Counted from the stretch's first letter, positions 31,182 to 41,393 are shown. The stretch: 64,000 nt of DNA from Eubacteriales bacterium (GCA_045635225.1 JAZRBV010000026.1:71360-135359); one strand, 5' to 3'. Notes: generated by a model from the sequence alone, not told the origin. Made by a program: numbers and translations.

Positions 31182-32246
31182 ATGAGCAGAGAAAAGATCG
31201 ATGTGAACGATTTTATTGATTCAAAGAGCGACGTTATAGGTGGCTCCGATATAATGAAGGCACTTGAGGATATTGACTACGATATATCCCAGACCGATAT
31301 TGATTCCGCAAGTCCCGACGAGCTTGATAACGAGGAATTCAAGGAGATAGAGCAGGATGCTCAGGCGTTTGATGCTACCGAGAGTATGGACAGATTCTTC
31401 TCTCAGGAGGGTGTGGCGATCGATGACCCTGTCAGAATGTATCTCAAGGAGATCGGTAAAATACCGCTTCTCACTCCGGAGCGCGAAACTTATCTTGCGG
31501 AGCAGATAACTATCGGTAATAAGGCGGCAAAGGACGAGCTTATTGAGGCTAACCTCCGTCTCGTTGTAAGTATTGCAAAGCGCCACGTAGGTAAGGGAAT
31601 GTACTTCCTCGATCTTATTCAGGAGGGCAATCTCGGTCTTATCAAGGCGGTAGAAAAGTTTGATTACAGCAAGGGTTACAAGTTCTCCACATACGCTACG
31701 TGGTGGATCCGTCAGGCAATTACACGTGCAATAGCAGATCAAGCGAGAACCATCAGAATCCCTGTTCACATGGTAGAGACTATACACAAGGTATCGAGAA
31801 CTGCACGCCAGCTGCTCCAGGAGTTTGGCAGAGAGCCTACGACCGACGAGATAGCTGAGGCACTCGGTATGACCGCTGATAAGGTTCGCGAGATCATGAA
31901 GATCGCTCAGGACCCGGTATCGCTCGAGACTCCTATTGGTGAGGAGGAAGATAGCCATCTTGGTGACTTCGTAGAGGATAACGATTCCCCTGCGCCTTCC
32001 GACAGTGCTTCTTATTCGCTTCTGCGTGAGCAGCTCTGCAACATTCTTCATACCCTTACTCCTCGTGAGGAACAGGTAATCAAGCTTCGCTTCGGTCTTG
32101 AGGACGGCAGACCCAGAACTCTTGAGGAGGTGGGTAAAAAGTTTGAGATCACACGTGAGCGTATCAGACAGATAGAAGCGAAGGCTCTCCGTAAGCTTCG
32201 TCACCCCTCTCGTTCCAAGACGCTCAAAGACTACCTTTCCAACTGA
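31182..32246 (+). CDS. rpoD: Primary RNA polymerase sigma factor (sigma-A/RpoD)
   Basis: [55 protein letters not shown] and [30 protein letters not shown]. Confidence 0.97.
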   Translation: MSREKIDVNDFIDSKSDVIGGSDIMKALEDIDYDISQTDIDSASPDELDNEEFKEIEQDAQAFDATESMDRFFSQEGVAIDDPVRMYLKEIGKIPLLTPERETYLAEQITIGNKAAKDELIEANLRLVVSIAKRHVGKGMYFLDLIQEGNLGLIKAVEKFDYSKGYKFSTYATWWIRQAITRAIADQARTIRIPVHMVETIHKVSRTARQLLQEFGREPTTDEIAEALGMTADKVREIMKIAQDPVSLETPIGEEEDSHLGDFVEDNDSPAPSDSASYSLLREQLCNILHTLTPREEQVIKLRFGLEDGRPRTLEEVGKKFEITRERIRQIEAKALRKLRHPSRSKTLKDYLSN

Positions 32247-32400
32247 TAACGCCGTTATTATGTACAAAAATCAAAGATGAATTTTGTGGAAAATGCACTA
32301 TATATTTTAACAAATTTTATATTTTGAAATTTTCGCTTGACTTTTTTTATTTAATATAGTAAACTATTATAGTAATATTTAGTTGGAGGGTCTCCTTAAA

Positions 32401-33510
32401 ATGAGAACTAAGAAAATTTTGATGCTCGCGCTTTGCGCTATGCTTTCGTTGCTCGTGCTTGCCGGTTGCGCTGACGATCCGATCGGAAGTTATAAGTACG
32501 ATTGGACGCCGACTGTTGTTGAGAAGCTTGAGTTTGACTTCTACATAGTTACGGGTGATGCTACCACCGATAACGCAAAGACGACTGTTAAAGATAAGAT
32601 CAATCAGTACCTCGAGGATAAGTACAACACCAAACTCAACATTCACTATGTGAGTGCGGCTGATTATGAAAACGAGATCAAGACTCTCGTTGGTGACGGC
32701 ACTGAGAAGAAATCCGGCATTGTCCTCGTCAACAGCACCGCTATGATGGATTATCTCATCGAGCGTGGCGCACTTCTTAACGTGATCAACGCCCTTGATA
32801 CCAAGGCTTACGGTAAGCTTAACACTCAGATCACTCCTACGCTCCTTGAGGCGGCGAAGGAGACCGATGCTGACGGAAATACCGCTATGTATTGCATTCC
32901 CAACAACCACGTCGTTGGAACCTATGAGTACATAGTGATCGATAAGGCAGTCGCTCGCGCTCTCAATTATAATGATACCGAGCTCAAGGCTATGACGACC
33001 TACGAGTCTACAGCACAGCTTAGAGCTGACGTTACCACTTATGCTGATAAGCTTGGTAATGTTACCGTAAACGACGTCGTACGCGTTGTTCCTAATGCCG
33101 ATTATGCGGATCGCTTTGAGTTCAAATACGAGGACGGATATATTTGCAACGTATCCAAATCTCCTGTAGTAACGAGAGACGACGCATATTCGTCTGCTTT
33201 TGCAATACTCGCAGGTACCGAGAAGTACGATCGTGCGATGCAGATCATCTACGCTATCAATACCGACGTTGCCCTCAGAAATTACCTTCAGTACGGTGTA
33301 GAGTACACCAACTATACCGTTGATGCAAACGGTGTTGCTCATCCCGAGACCAACGGCATCAGCGTATATCAGATGAATCTTCTTTATACCGGAGATATTT
33401 TCCAGGCGCACTACTGCGATACCGATGGTTGGTTCGAATGGACCGCTGACGATGCTATCTACGGCGCTCTTCAGAACAAGGATGCTTCATTTGTGAAAGA
33501 AGCAGAATAA
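32401..33510 (+). CDS. Putative lipoprotein (solute-binding-protein-like)
   Basis: The signal peptide ends in a lipobox (LLVLAGC). RBS GGAGGG before the ATG at 32401. No confident family, and no adjacent permease. Confidence 0.6.
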   Translation: MRTKKILMLALCAMLSLLVLAGCADDPIGSYKYDWTPTVVEKLEFDFYIVTGDATTDNAKTTVKDKINQYLEDKYNTKLNIHYVSAADYENEIKTLVGDGTEKKSGIVLVNSTAMMDYLIERGALLNVINALDTKAYGKLNTQITPTLLEAAKETDADGNTAMYCIPNNHVVGTYEYIVIDKAVARALNYNDTELKAMTTYESTAQLRADVTTYADKLGNVTVNDVVRVVPNADYADRFEFKYEDGYICNVSKSPVVTRDDAYSSAFAILAGTEKYDRAMQIIYAINTDVALRNYLQYGVEYTNYTVDANGVAHPETNGISVYQMNLLYTGDIFQAHYCDTDGWFEWTADDAIYGALQNKDASFVKEAE

Positions 33511-33612
33511 TACCCCCAGCTTGGAGTGCCGTTACAGCGGCACTCCGCTTGCGTATTAGGCACATTATCCCGTGATCGGTCACATAAAAAACATGTGAGG
33601 TTCTATTTGTAT

Positions 33613-34623
33613 ATGAACAATAAAAATGAAGAAATAACCATAAAAAAAATAGCAGAAATATTTCTGCCGCTATGGTGGCTTGTTGTCTCCGTTGCGCTCA
33701 TCTGTGCAATAGTGCTCGGTGGAGCTTCTCATTTCCTTACCAAGGATACTTATACCGCTAAGAGTAAGTATATGGTTGTTAAGATCCCATCTACCAGCAC
33801 CAGCACGGTCGTAGGTCTCAACTCTCAGGAGATCATGGCGATGCAGAGCATGATCGCCAACGCTAAAGAGATAATCAGCACACCCGACTTTTGCGACGCG
33901 GTACTTGATTTGCTCGATGACGCGCAGATCGTCGATCTTACCGTGAAGCATGAAGCAGAGATTGACGACCTGCAGGATCTGATCGATGAGAAAAATACCG
34001 AGATCGATTCTCTCACTTCGAAATTCATAACTAAGGTTGAATCGTTGCAATCTGCGGGTGCTGATGTTTCGTCGGTTGTCGCCGATTATAACGATCGCTA
34101 TGCGGTACTTATCGCTGAACGTGACGCGATTGATGCTGATATTCAACAGCTAAAGAGCGATTACGATGCTAAGGTGGCAGAGTTCAACGACAAACCCGAG
34201 GACTACGTACCTTACAGCTCCTACGTCACCTCCAAGATGCTGATGAATATGATCTCCATAACTCTCAGTAATTCCGAGACTACCTGTTATTATCTTTCCG
34301 TAACTACCGACGACCCTGTGCTTTCCCGCGATATAGCGCTCGTTGCCGGCACCGTTCTCACCGAAAAATTTGTGGGAACCGGATACGCTGTTAAGATAGA
34401 CAGGCTCCAGACGCCTCTCGCTCCCACTTCCACTGATAGCAAAAACGAGATCCGAAACGCGCTCATAGGATTTGCGCTCGGCGCATTTGCAACGCTCCTC
34501 GTTATCTTTGTTCACAACAGATTTGACGTAGTTATCCGTAACAGGGAAAAGCTTGAGGATAACTTTGATTATCCTATCCTTGCAGTTATACCGAGGCTGG
34601 AAAATACGTCGCATAAGTCCTGA
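33613..34623 (+). CDS. Wzz/CpsC/TkmA-like chain-length-determinant family transmembrane modulator
   Basis: N-terminal TM (LPLWWLVVSVALICAIVLGG), a large extracytoplasmic region with coiled-coil-like repeats, and a second C-terminal TM. Immediately precedes the BY-kinase gene. Confidence 0.75.
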   Translation: MNNKNEEITIKKIAEIFLPLWWLVVSVALICAIVLGGASHFLTKDTYTAKSKYMVVKIPSTSTSTVVGLNSQEIMAMQSMIANAKEIISTPDFCDAVLDLLDDAQIVDLTVKHEAEIDDLQDLIDEKNTEIDSLTSKFITKVESLQSAGADVSSVVADYNDRYAVLIAERDAIDADIQQLKSDYDAKVAEFNDKPEDYVPYSSYVTSKMLMNMISITLSNSETTCYYLSVTTDDPVLSRDIALVAGTVLTEKFVGTGYAVKIDRLQTPLAPTSTDSKNEIRNALIGFALGAFATLLVIFVHNRFDVVIRNREKLEDNFDYPILAVIPRLENTSHKS

Positions 34624-34636
34624 TGAGGTACACATA

Positions 34637-35368
34637 ATGAAACTTTTTAATAAATTGTCACAAATAAAAAATAATTCCTTGCCTGATGTCGGACTTATAA
34701 CCACTAATACACCGTTTGCCATTAGGGAGGCATACAAAACTCTTTATACCAATCTTCTATACCTTAACATTTCTGATAAATGTAAAAAGATCGCCGTAAC
34801 CAGCGCTGTTCCTTCTGAGGGCAAATCCACGCTTTCCGCCAATCTTGCTTGCTCTGTCGCGCAGAATTCCGATAATAAGAAGGTGCTTCTTATCGATATC
34901 GATATGCGTGCTCCGAAGGCTAACAAGCTTTTTGGTATCCAGGGCAGACCTCACGGTCTCAGTGAGTATCTTGCGGGTATAGACGATCAGCCTAACATTA
35001 TTTATCTTCAGGATTCGAAGATATCGATCCTTTGCTCGGGTGCCTGCAACGTAAATCCCACCAAGCTCATAGCATCGGATAAAATGGCTGCGCTTGTATC
35101 AAAGCTTGACGCGGAATACGATTATATCATTTTCGACACTCCTCCCGTTAATATCGTCACCGACTCGCTCCTTATCAGCGATTACGTGAACGGTTATATA
35201 ATTTCTACACTTGCAGGCCATTCCGATTCGAAAAGCATTGAGCAGTGTGTGGAATCCATCAACCGTGTTGGTGGCGAGATATACGGCTTTGTTCTCAGCG
35301 CATTGAAGATGAAGATAATGGCGGGAAGATACGGCAAATATTCTAAATACTCTAAGTATTTACAGTAA
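34637..35368 (+). CDS. BY-kinase (CpsD/PtkA-type protein-tyrosine kinase)
   Basis: Walker A (VPSEGKST), Walker A' and B (LIDIDMR, IIFDTPP), and a C-terminal tyrosine cluster (YGKYSKYSKY). Confidence 0.88.
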   Translation: MKLFNKLSQIKNNSLPDVGLITTNTPFAIREAYKTLYTNLLYLNISDKCKKIAVTSAVPSEGKSTLSANLACSVAQNSDNKKVLLIDIDMRAPKANKLFGIQGRPHGLSEYLAGIDDQPNIIYLQDSKISILCSGACNVNPTKLIASDKMAALVSKLDAEYDYIIFDTPPVNIVTDSLLISDYVNGYIISTLAGHSDSKSIEQCVESINRVGGEIYGFVLSALKMKIMAGRYGKYSKYSKYLQ

Positions 35369-35384
35369 ATAAGCATTGACCTAT

Positions 35385-36104
35385 ATGAGCACTAACGTTG
35401 ACATAGTTGACTTTCACGCACATGTATTGCCGGGCGCAGACCACGGATCTTTTTCGGTCGATATGTCGCGCTTTCAGCTTTCCTCGGCGTTCTCTCACGG
35501 AGTGAAGAGAATTATAGCTACACCGCATTTTTATCCCAACGAGCATTCTGTTTCATCATTCCTGAGATCCAGAAATGCGGCGTATGAGAGACTGATATCG
35601 CGTGTCGGTATTGATATTCCCGAGATCAGACTCGGCGCAGAGGTCATGATCTGCAACGGCCTAGAGAATATGCCCGATCTTGATAAGCTGTATATACACG
35701 GTACCTCATCGGTGCTGCTCGAGCTACCATTCACCGATTTTCAGTTCGAATACGTTGATACCGTCTACGCACTTGTATCGCGCGGTGTTGATGTTATCAT
35801 GGCGCATGCCGACAGATATCCCGTTGAACATATTGTTCGTATGCTGGAGGTTGGTGCAAGGCTGCAGCTTAATGTTGATTCACTATCAAAACTTTTTGTC
35901 AAAAAGCATCTGTACGGTTGGATAGAGCATGGATGCGTAGTTGCGATAGGTAGCGATATTCATAAGCGCGATGGCAGAATATATTCAAAATTTGAAAGAA
36001 TAGCAAATAAGCTGGATAAGATTAATTGCATTATACGCTCGGAGTCTGATAAAATATGGAATGCGTCGCTACCGTATTCATTATCGGAAGCACCGCTTGT
36101 ATAG
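35385..36104 (+). CDS. PHP-family protein-tyrosine phosphatase (CpsB/PtpZ-like)
   Basis: DFHAHVLPG.DHG, ...ATPH..., and ...AHADRY are metal-binding motifs of CpsB/YwqE. Confidence 0.85.
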   Translation: MSTNVDIVDFHAHVLPGADHGSFSVDMSRFQLSSAFSHGVKRIIATPHFYPNEHSVSSFLRSRNAAYERLISRVGIDIPEIRLGAEVMICNGLENMPDLDKLYIHGTSSVLLELPFTDFQFEYVDTVYALVSRGVDVIMAHADRYPVEHIVRMLEVGARLQLNVDSLSKLFVKKHLYGWIEHGCVVAIGSDIHKRDGRIYSKFERIANKLDKINCIIRSESDKIWNASLPYSLSEAPLV

Positions 36105-36125
36105 CGAGAAATAAGGAGATCATTA

Positions 36126-37082
36126 ATGTCAAATAAAAAGTACTACGCCGGTATCGATCTTGGTGGCACTTTTATTAAGTGTGGAATTCTCTCCGAGTCC
36201 GGTGAGATATTGATAAAGGATCAGATACCTACCGGTAAGGACAGGCCTTACGGTCTCATAGCACGTGATATGGCTGACTTTGTTTGCGAGCTTGCGAGCA
36301 GGGTAGGTGTTACCGTTTCGGGTATCGGCATCGGCAGTCCCGGAGCTATCAACAGTGCCACGGGCATTATAGTTTACAGTAATAATATTGCATGGGAAAA
36401 CGTACCCCTCGGCGAAGAGGTTTCAAAGCTCACGGGGCTTCCCGTTAAGGTTGCGAACGATGCAAACGTGGCGGCACTCGGTGAGGGATTCGTCGGAGGT
36501 GGCAGAAAATACAGCTCCTATGTGGTTATCACCCTCGGTACCGGTGTCGGTGGCGGTGTTATTATCGACGGTAAGCTTTTCGAGGGCAATTTCTCAGCGG
36601 GTACAGAGCTTGGTCACATGGTGATAAAGGTAGGCGGTGCATCCTGCTCCTGCGGTAGGCGCGGTTGCTTTGAGGCGTATTCCTCTGCTACCGCACTCAT
36701 CAGACAGACAAAGGCTGCTATGAGGCGTCATCGCGACAGTGTTATGTGGCAACTCGCGCCGTCGCTCGATCTCGTTGATGGCAAGACTGCGTTTGATGCC
36801 GCCGCATCCGGCGATGCTGCCGCTATTGAGGTAGTGAGAAAATATATCGACTATCTGGCAGACGGCGTTACGAACCTTGCTAACATTTTCCGTCCTGAGG
36901 CTATCCTTATTGGCGGAGGCGTTTCTAAGCAGGGCGACTCTCTTATTCTTCCGCTAAAGCACGAGGTAGAGCAGCGTATATACGGTATCAAGGGATATGC
37001 ACCCGTTGAAATAGCGACCGCAACTCTTGGAAATGACGCCGGAATATGCGGTGCAGTTAAGCTGATAATGGATAACGTTTAA
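36126..37082 (+). CDS. glcK: ROK-family glucokinase
   Basis: GIDLGGT.IK, the ROK signature with CxCGxxGC (CSCGRRGCFE), and GNDAG. Confidence 0.88.
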   Translation: MSNKKYYAGIDLGGTFIKCGILSESGEILIKDQIPTGKDRPYGLIARDMADFVCELASRVGVTVSGIGIGSPGAINSATGIIVYSNNIAWENVPLGEEVSKLTGLPVKVANDANVAALGEGFVGGGRKYSSYVVITLGTGVGGGVIIDGKLFEGNFSAGTELGHMVIKVGGASCSCGRRGCFEAYSSATALIRQTKAAMRRHRDSVMWQLAPSLDLVDGKTAFDAAASGDAAAIEVVRKYIDYLADGVTNLANIFRPEAILIGGGVSKQGDSLILPLKHEVEQRIYGIKGYAPVEIATATLGNDAGICGAVKLIMDNV

Positions 37083-37174
37083 GAAAAATTGACGCTTTGA
37101 CTAACTAATTAGCAGTTTTTTTGCAAAACTTATAAAAAAATAGCTTAAAGCTAAAAAAATATTTCATAAACCTA

Positions 37175-37203
37175 TTGATTTTTTGAAAGGTTTGTGATAT
37201 AAT
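37175..37203 (+). promoter_or_regulatory. Sigma-A type promoter upstream of rplS
   Basis: TTGATT, a 17-nt spacer, then TATAAT (TGaTATAAT extended -10). Confidence 0.6.
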
Positions 37204-37209
37204 ACCTAA

Positions 37210-37296
37210 GACTGTGCATATGCCTATGGCATATACGGTAAATAATATCAGGACGGTCCTCTGCGATGCTCTGTATGAACGTCCGAAGTTTTAAGG
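37210..37296 (+). promoter_or_regulatory. Structured 5' leader of rplS (candidate L19 ribosomal-protein leader)
   Basis: Two hand-found hairpins (GCATATGCC/GGCATATAC and GGACG...CGTCC) lie between the promoter and the RBS. Firmicute rplS genes are known to carry an autoregulatory leader. Not checked against a covariance model. Confidence 0.4.
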
Positions 37297-37305
37297 AGGC
37301 CCAAA

Positions 37306-37647
37306 ATGGAGAAGATTCAGGCTTTTGTTAACGAGCAGCTTAAGACCGAAGTTCCTAAGTTCGGTATCGGCGACGGCGTAAAGGTTTACGTTAAGATCGT
37401 CGAGGGTGAGAAGGAGAGAATCCAGATGTTCGAGGGTACCGTTATCGCTAAGCATGGCGGCGGAATCTCCGAGACCTTTACTGTAAGACGCGTTTCTTAC
37501 GGCGTAGGTGTAGAGAAGACCTTCCCCCTTCATTCCCCCAACGTTGACAAGATCGTAGTGTTCCGCGAGGCGAAGGTTCGCCGTGCTAAGCTCTACTACC
37601 TTCGTTCCAAGGTTGGTAAGGCAGCAAAAGTTAAAGAGAAGATCTAA
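37306..37647 (+). CDS. rplS: 50S ribosomal protein L19
   Basis: ...P.F..GD.V.V.V.I.EG.KERIQ.FEG.VIA....G...TFTVR. RBS AAGGAGG. Confidence 0.96.
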   Translation: MEKIQAFVNEQLKTEVPKFGIGDGVKVYVKIVEGEKERIQMFEGTVIAKHGGGISETFTVRRVSYGVGVEKTFPLHSPNVDKIVVFREAKVRRAKLYYLRSKVGKAAKVKEKI

Positions 37648-37657
37648 TTTTGCTATA

Positions 37658-37690
37658 CAAAAAGCAGGGCGCTGTGCGTCCTGCTTTTTG
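37658..37690. terminator. Bidirectional terminator between rplS and the HIT gene
   Basis: AAAAAGCAGGGCG...CGTCCTGCTTTTT. Confidence 0.8.
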
Positions 37691-37723
37691 TAGTATTAAA
37701 GCTATGTGATGAGAAAACGAGGT

Positions 37724-38062
37724 TTAGCCCATCGTCTCCGTAAGCTTCTTTCCGCCAAGAATGTGGAAGTGAAGGTGCTTTACGGACTGGCAGCCATCAT
37801 CTCCGACATTGGTAATGATGCGGTATCCGTTCGCAAGTCCGAGTGTTTTTGCAATTGTCGGTATTGCAGAAAATATCCTCGCAACAACCTCAGCACTTGC
37901 CTCGGTGATCTCGTCGGCAGATGCGATGTGTAGCTTGGGTACGACGAGACAGTGTACCGGTGCCTGGGGAGCTATATCGAGAAAAGCGTAGCACGCATCG
38001 TCCTCGTACACCTTATTGGAGGGAATATCACCCTTGATAATAGCACAGAATAAGCAATCCAT
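37724..38062 (-). CDS. HIT-family (histidine triad) nucleotide hydrolase
   Basis: MDCLFCAIIKG.IPS, and HLHFHILGG (HxHxHxx). Confidence 0.92.
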   Translation of the reverse strand: MDCLFCAIIKGDIPSNKVYEDDACYAFLDIAPQAPVHCLVVPKLHIASADEITEASAEVVARIFSAIPTIAKTLGLANGYRIITNVGDDGCQSVKHLHFHILGGKKLTETMG

Positions 38063-38196
38063 TTTATAAACCTCTTTTTTATTTTATTCTAGCATAAACC
38101 AAGCGAAAAATCAATAGTAAACCTACAATAATATATCGCTCTTGACTTTTCACAAAAATATTATATAATATATATAGTACTTATTTGAGAGGTAAT

Positions 38197-39324
38197 ATGC
38201 CCTACAAGCATTTTGATTTGCCTACGTACCCCTGTGCGTCGGATATGTGGGATGAGCTATCGCGTGAGAGGCGTCCTATCGTCGTTTACGGTATGGGCAA
38301 CGGAGCCGATAAGCTCTTACGAAGATTTCAAAAATATAATATAACCGTATCCGACTTTTTTGCGTCGGACGGATTCGTGCGCGGTCACAGCTTTCACGGC
38401 ATGCGTGTAAAGTCCTTTAGTGAGATACGCGAGGAGTATCCCGAGTTCGTCATAGTCCTATCCTTTGCTTCAAATAGAATAGAGGTGATAGATATGCTCG
38501 AGGATATCGACGCACACTACGATATGTACGTTCCCGATATGCCCGTGGCTGACGAGTGCGAGTATTTTGATCGCGAGTTTTATAACGCCAATTACGACGC
38601 AATTCTTCGTGCCTATAATTCTCTCACTGACGATCATTCACGTGATATTTTTTCATCTGTTATCAACTATAAACTGAGCGGTAGACTTTCATATCTTAGT
38701 TCATGCTGGTCCTTCAAGGATGAGGAATACGCCCTTCTACGGCATCGGGATATTGAATACGCAGTGGATGCGGGAGCCTATAACGGCGATACCGCTCGAG
38801 AGATGAAAGCACGATTCCCACGTCTTAAATCAATCTATGCTATTGAACCGGATGCGAAGAATTTTAAAAAACTCAGTAAATATTGCGAGGCAGAAACCGA
38901 AATTAATCTTGTACCGTTTAATGCGGCGGCGTGGCGTGAGAACACGCGCGGTGAATTTTCTGTGAGCGGAAACCGCAATTCGTCTGTCAATTCCACCGCA
39001 TCCTTTGAGCATGTCAGCAACACGGTGGATTTGATGCGCATTGATTCGCTACCGTTAGAACGTGTGGATTACGTTAAGTATGATGTTGAGGGGGCGGAGT
39101 ATGAGGCGCTTGTCGGCACGCATGCGTTTATCGCTAGAGATATGCCGGATATGCTTGTCTCGCTTTATCATAGAAGCAGGGATATATTCTCGCTCGTCAA
39201 TTATCTTCACAGTGAATATCCAGATTACTCGATGTATCTTCGCAGGACGAGATGTATTCCTGCATGGGAGATCGACCTAATACTAACCGATGAAAAGGAA
39301 TTTAAAAATGATAACCGGACCTGA
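38197..39324 (+). CDS. FkbM-family SAM-dependent methyltransferase with an N-terminal extension
   Basis: DAGAYNGDT...EP......L, and ...D.VKYDVEGAE..L..G, are typical of FkbM. The 3' end overlaps the start of the U32 gene. Confidence 0.75.
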   Translation: MPYKHFDLPTYPCASDMWDELSRERRPIVVYGMGNGADKLLRRFQKYNITVSDFFASDGFVRGHSFHGMRVKSFSEIREEYPEFVIVLSFASNRIEVIDMLEDIDAHYDMYVPDMPVADECEYFDREFYNANYDAILRAYNSLTDDHSRDIFSSVINYKLSGRLSYLSSCWSFKDEEYALLRHRDIEYAVDAGAYNGDTAREMKARFPRLKSIYAIEPDAKNFKKLSKYCEAETEINLVPFNAAAWRENTRGEFSVSGNRNSSVNSTASFEHVSNTVDLMRIDSLPLERVDYVKYDVEGAEYEALVGTHAFIARDMPDMLVSLYHRSRDIFSLVNYLHSEYPDYSMYLRRTRCIPAWEIDLILTDEKEFKNDNRT

Positions 39325-40540
39325 GCTTCTTTCACCTGCAGGTAATTTTGAGAAGATGAAGTCTGCGATCCTATACGGTGCAGACGCTGTATATCTCGCA
39401 GGACACGTCTTCGGTATGCGTGCGGCTGCTGATAATTTCTCCATCGATGAGCTTCGCGATGCAGTAGAATATGCTCACGAGAGAGGTGTTAGGGTGTATC
39501 TCACACTGAACACTATGCCTCGTGAATATGAATATCCCGCGCTTCGCGAATATCTTACAAGTCTTGCGAATATAAATATTGATGCTATGATAATAGCCGA
39601 TATCGGCGTGCTTGCTCTCGTGCGTGAGATGCTCCCAAAAATGGAGATACACGTCTCAACACAGGCAAATGCGACGAGCGCTGCCGCATGCATCGGATGG
39701 TATAACCTCGGTGCTAAAAGAGTGGTCTTGGCGCGCGAGCTTACACTTGATGAAATACGTGCGATACGTCTCGGTGTCCCTGACGATCTTGAACTCGAGT
39801 GCTTTATCCACGGATCTATGTGTATTTCTTATAGCGGCAGATGCTTGCTTTCCGGACATATGATCGGTAGAGATGCCAATCGCGGTATGTGCGCACAGCC
39901 TTGCAGATGGAATTATACTATAAAAGGGTACGAGATCACAGAGGAGAAACGCCCCGACTGCACGATGCCTATCGAAGAGATAAACGGTGAGACCTTCATT
40001 ATGGCGAGCCGTGATACTTGTACGATAGACCATATCCCCGAGCTTATAGAGGCGGGTATAAACTCCTTCAAGATAGAGGGAAGAATGAAATCGGCGTACT
40101 ATACCGCAGTCGTAACGAATACATACCGTATGGCTATCGATTCATATCTTTCCGGTAAATACGAATACGACCCGAGATGGTACACCGAGCTTGAATCGGT
40201 CAGCCACCGCGAGTATGCGACGGGATACTATTTCGACGACCCGAGAGGTGAGGCTAACCTTTCCTCGAACAACGGTTATATAAAGGATAAGGCGTATCTT
40301 GCTATCGCAACGGGATATGATGAGAATACGGGACTCGCCGCATTCACTCAGCGTAACAAGATGTGTCTTGGCGATGAAATAGAGCTTTTGACACCCGGTA
40401 GGATAGGTGAGCCGCTCACCGTCACTGAGCTCTTTGACGAAAACGGACAGCCGATCGACTCGACCCCGCACCCATATATGAATTTCTTTATGCGAACTTC
40501 AATACCTGTACACGCAGGTGATATCATCCGCGCGAAATAA
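39308..40540 (+). CDS. Peptidase U32-family protein (RlhA/TrhP-like RNA hydroxylation family)
   Basis: PELLSPAG, GADAVY, and the E.F.HGSMC.SYSGRC U32 signature region. Confidence 0.88.
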   Translation: MITGPELLSPAGNFEKMKSAILYGADAVYLAGHVFGMRAAADNFSIDELRDAVEYAHERGVRVYLTLNTMPREYEYPALREYLTSLANINIDAMIIADIGVLALVREMLPKMEIHVSTQANATSAAACIGWYNLGAKRVVLARELTLDEIRAIRLGVPDDLELECFIHGSMCISYSGRCLLSGHMIGRDANRGMCAQPCRWNYTIKGYEITEEKRPDCTMPIEEINGETFIMASRDTCTIDHIPELIEAGINSFKIEGRMKSAYYTAVVTNTYRMAIDSYLSGKYEYDPRWYTELESVSHREYATGYYFDDPRGEANLSSNNGYIKDKAYLAIATGYDENTGLAAFTQRNKMCLGDEIELLTPGRIGEPLTVTELFDENGQPIDSTPHPYMNFFMRTSIPVHAGDIIRAK

Positions 40541-40555
40541 AATTCGGAGGTTTTT

Positions 40556-41392
40556 ATGCTTATACTTGAAGTAATTAAGGCGATAGTTCTTGGTATAATT
40601 GAGGGAATCACCGAGTGGCTGCCAATTAGCTCGACGGGACATATGATCCTTATCGATGAGCTAATGACTCTAAATGTATCCGAGGAGTTCAAGGAGCTCT
40701 TCTTCGTTGTTGTACAGCTTGGTGCTATTTGTGCAGTCCCGGTATTCTTTAGTCATAGGTTATGGCCGTTTTGCGGTACTAAATCTGCGGCAGAACGAAA
40801 TGAGACGATCGCGTTATGGTTTAAGATCATTGTCGGAGCGATACCTGCCGCTATATTTGGAGTCCTCCTTGACGATCTGCTCGACGAGTATCTTTACAAT
40901 TATATTACTGTCGCAATCACTCTTATAGTCTACGGTATCGCGTTTATTATCGTTGAAAAATTTAAGAAGAACTCTTCCTTCAGAGTAGAGCATGTAACGG
41001 ACCTTTCTTATACCGATGCGCTAAAGATCGGTGCGTTTCAGGTGCTCTCGCTTATCCCGGGCACGTCGCGTTCGGGCTCTACTATCCTTGGCGGTATGCT
41101 CTCCGGAGTATCTAGGACCGCAAGCGCGGAATTCTCATTCTTTATGGCAATTCCTATCATGCTCGGTGCATCGGGACTAAAGGTGCTAAAGTTTATTCTT
41201 GACGGATATAAGGCGACGAGCGATGAGATAATGCTTCTTGGGGTCGGTATATTGGTTTCATTCATCGTTTCTCTTGCGGCAATAAAATTCCTTATGAACT
41301 TCGTGAAAAGACATAGCTTCAAGGTCTTCGGCATTTACCGAATAGTGCTTGGCATTGTAGTTCTGCTTTATTTTATTATCCGTAATATATAA
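40556..41392 (+). CDS. uppP: Undecaprenyl-diphosphate phosphatase
   Basis: EGITEWLPISSTGH and PGTSRSG.TI motifs. Confidence 0.94.
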   Translation: MLILEVIKAIVLGIIEGITEWLPISSTGHMILIDELMTLNVSEEFKELFFVVVQLGAICAVPVFFSHRLWPFCGTKSAAERNETIALWFKIIVGAIPAAIFGVLLDDLLDEYLYNYITVAITLIVYGIAFIIVEKFKKNSSFRVEHVTDLSYTDALKIGAFQVLSLIPGTSRSGSTILGGMLSGVSRTASAEFSFFMAIPIMLGASGLKVLKFILDGYKATSDEIMLLGVGILVSFIVSLAAIKFLMNFVKRHSFKVFGIYRIVLGIVVLLYFIIRNI

Positions 41393-41393
41393 C

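Noticed and set aside
31221-32267. 348-aa ORF antisense to rpoD
   Set aside because: It lies exactly opposite an unmistakable sigma-A gene, has no RBS, and its sequence is low-complexity and rich in Leu, Ser and Arg. This is typical of shadow ORFs in this codon-biased genome.
32347-33411. 354-aa ORF antisense to the lipoprotein gene
   Set aside because: It is a shadow ORF with no RBS or recognisable motifs. The plus-strand ORF has a proper RBS, signal peptide and lipobox.
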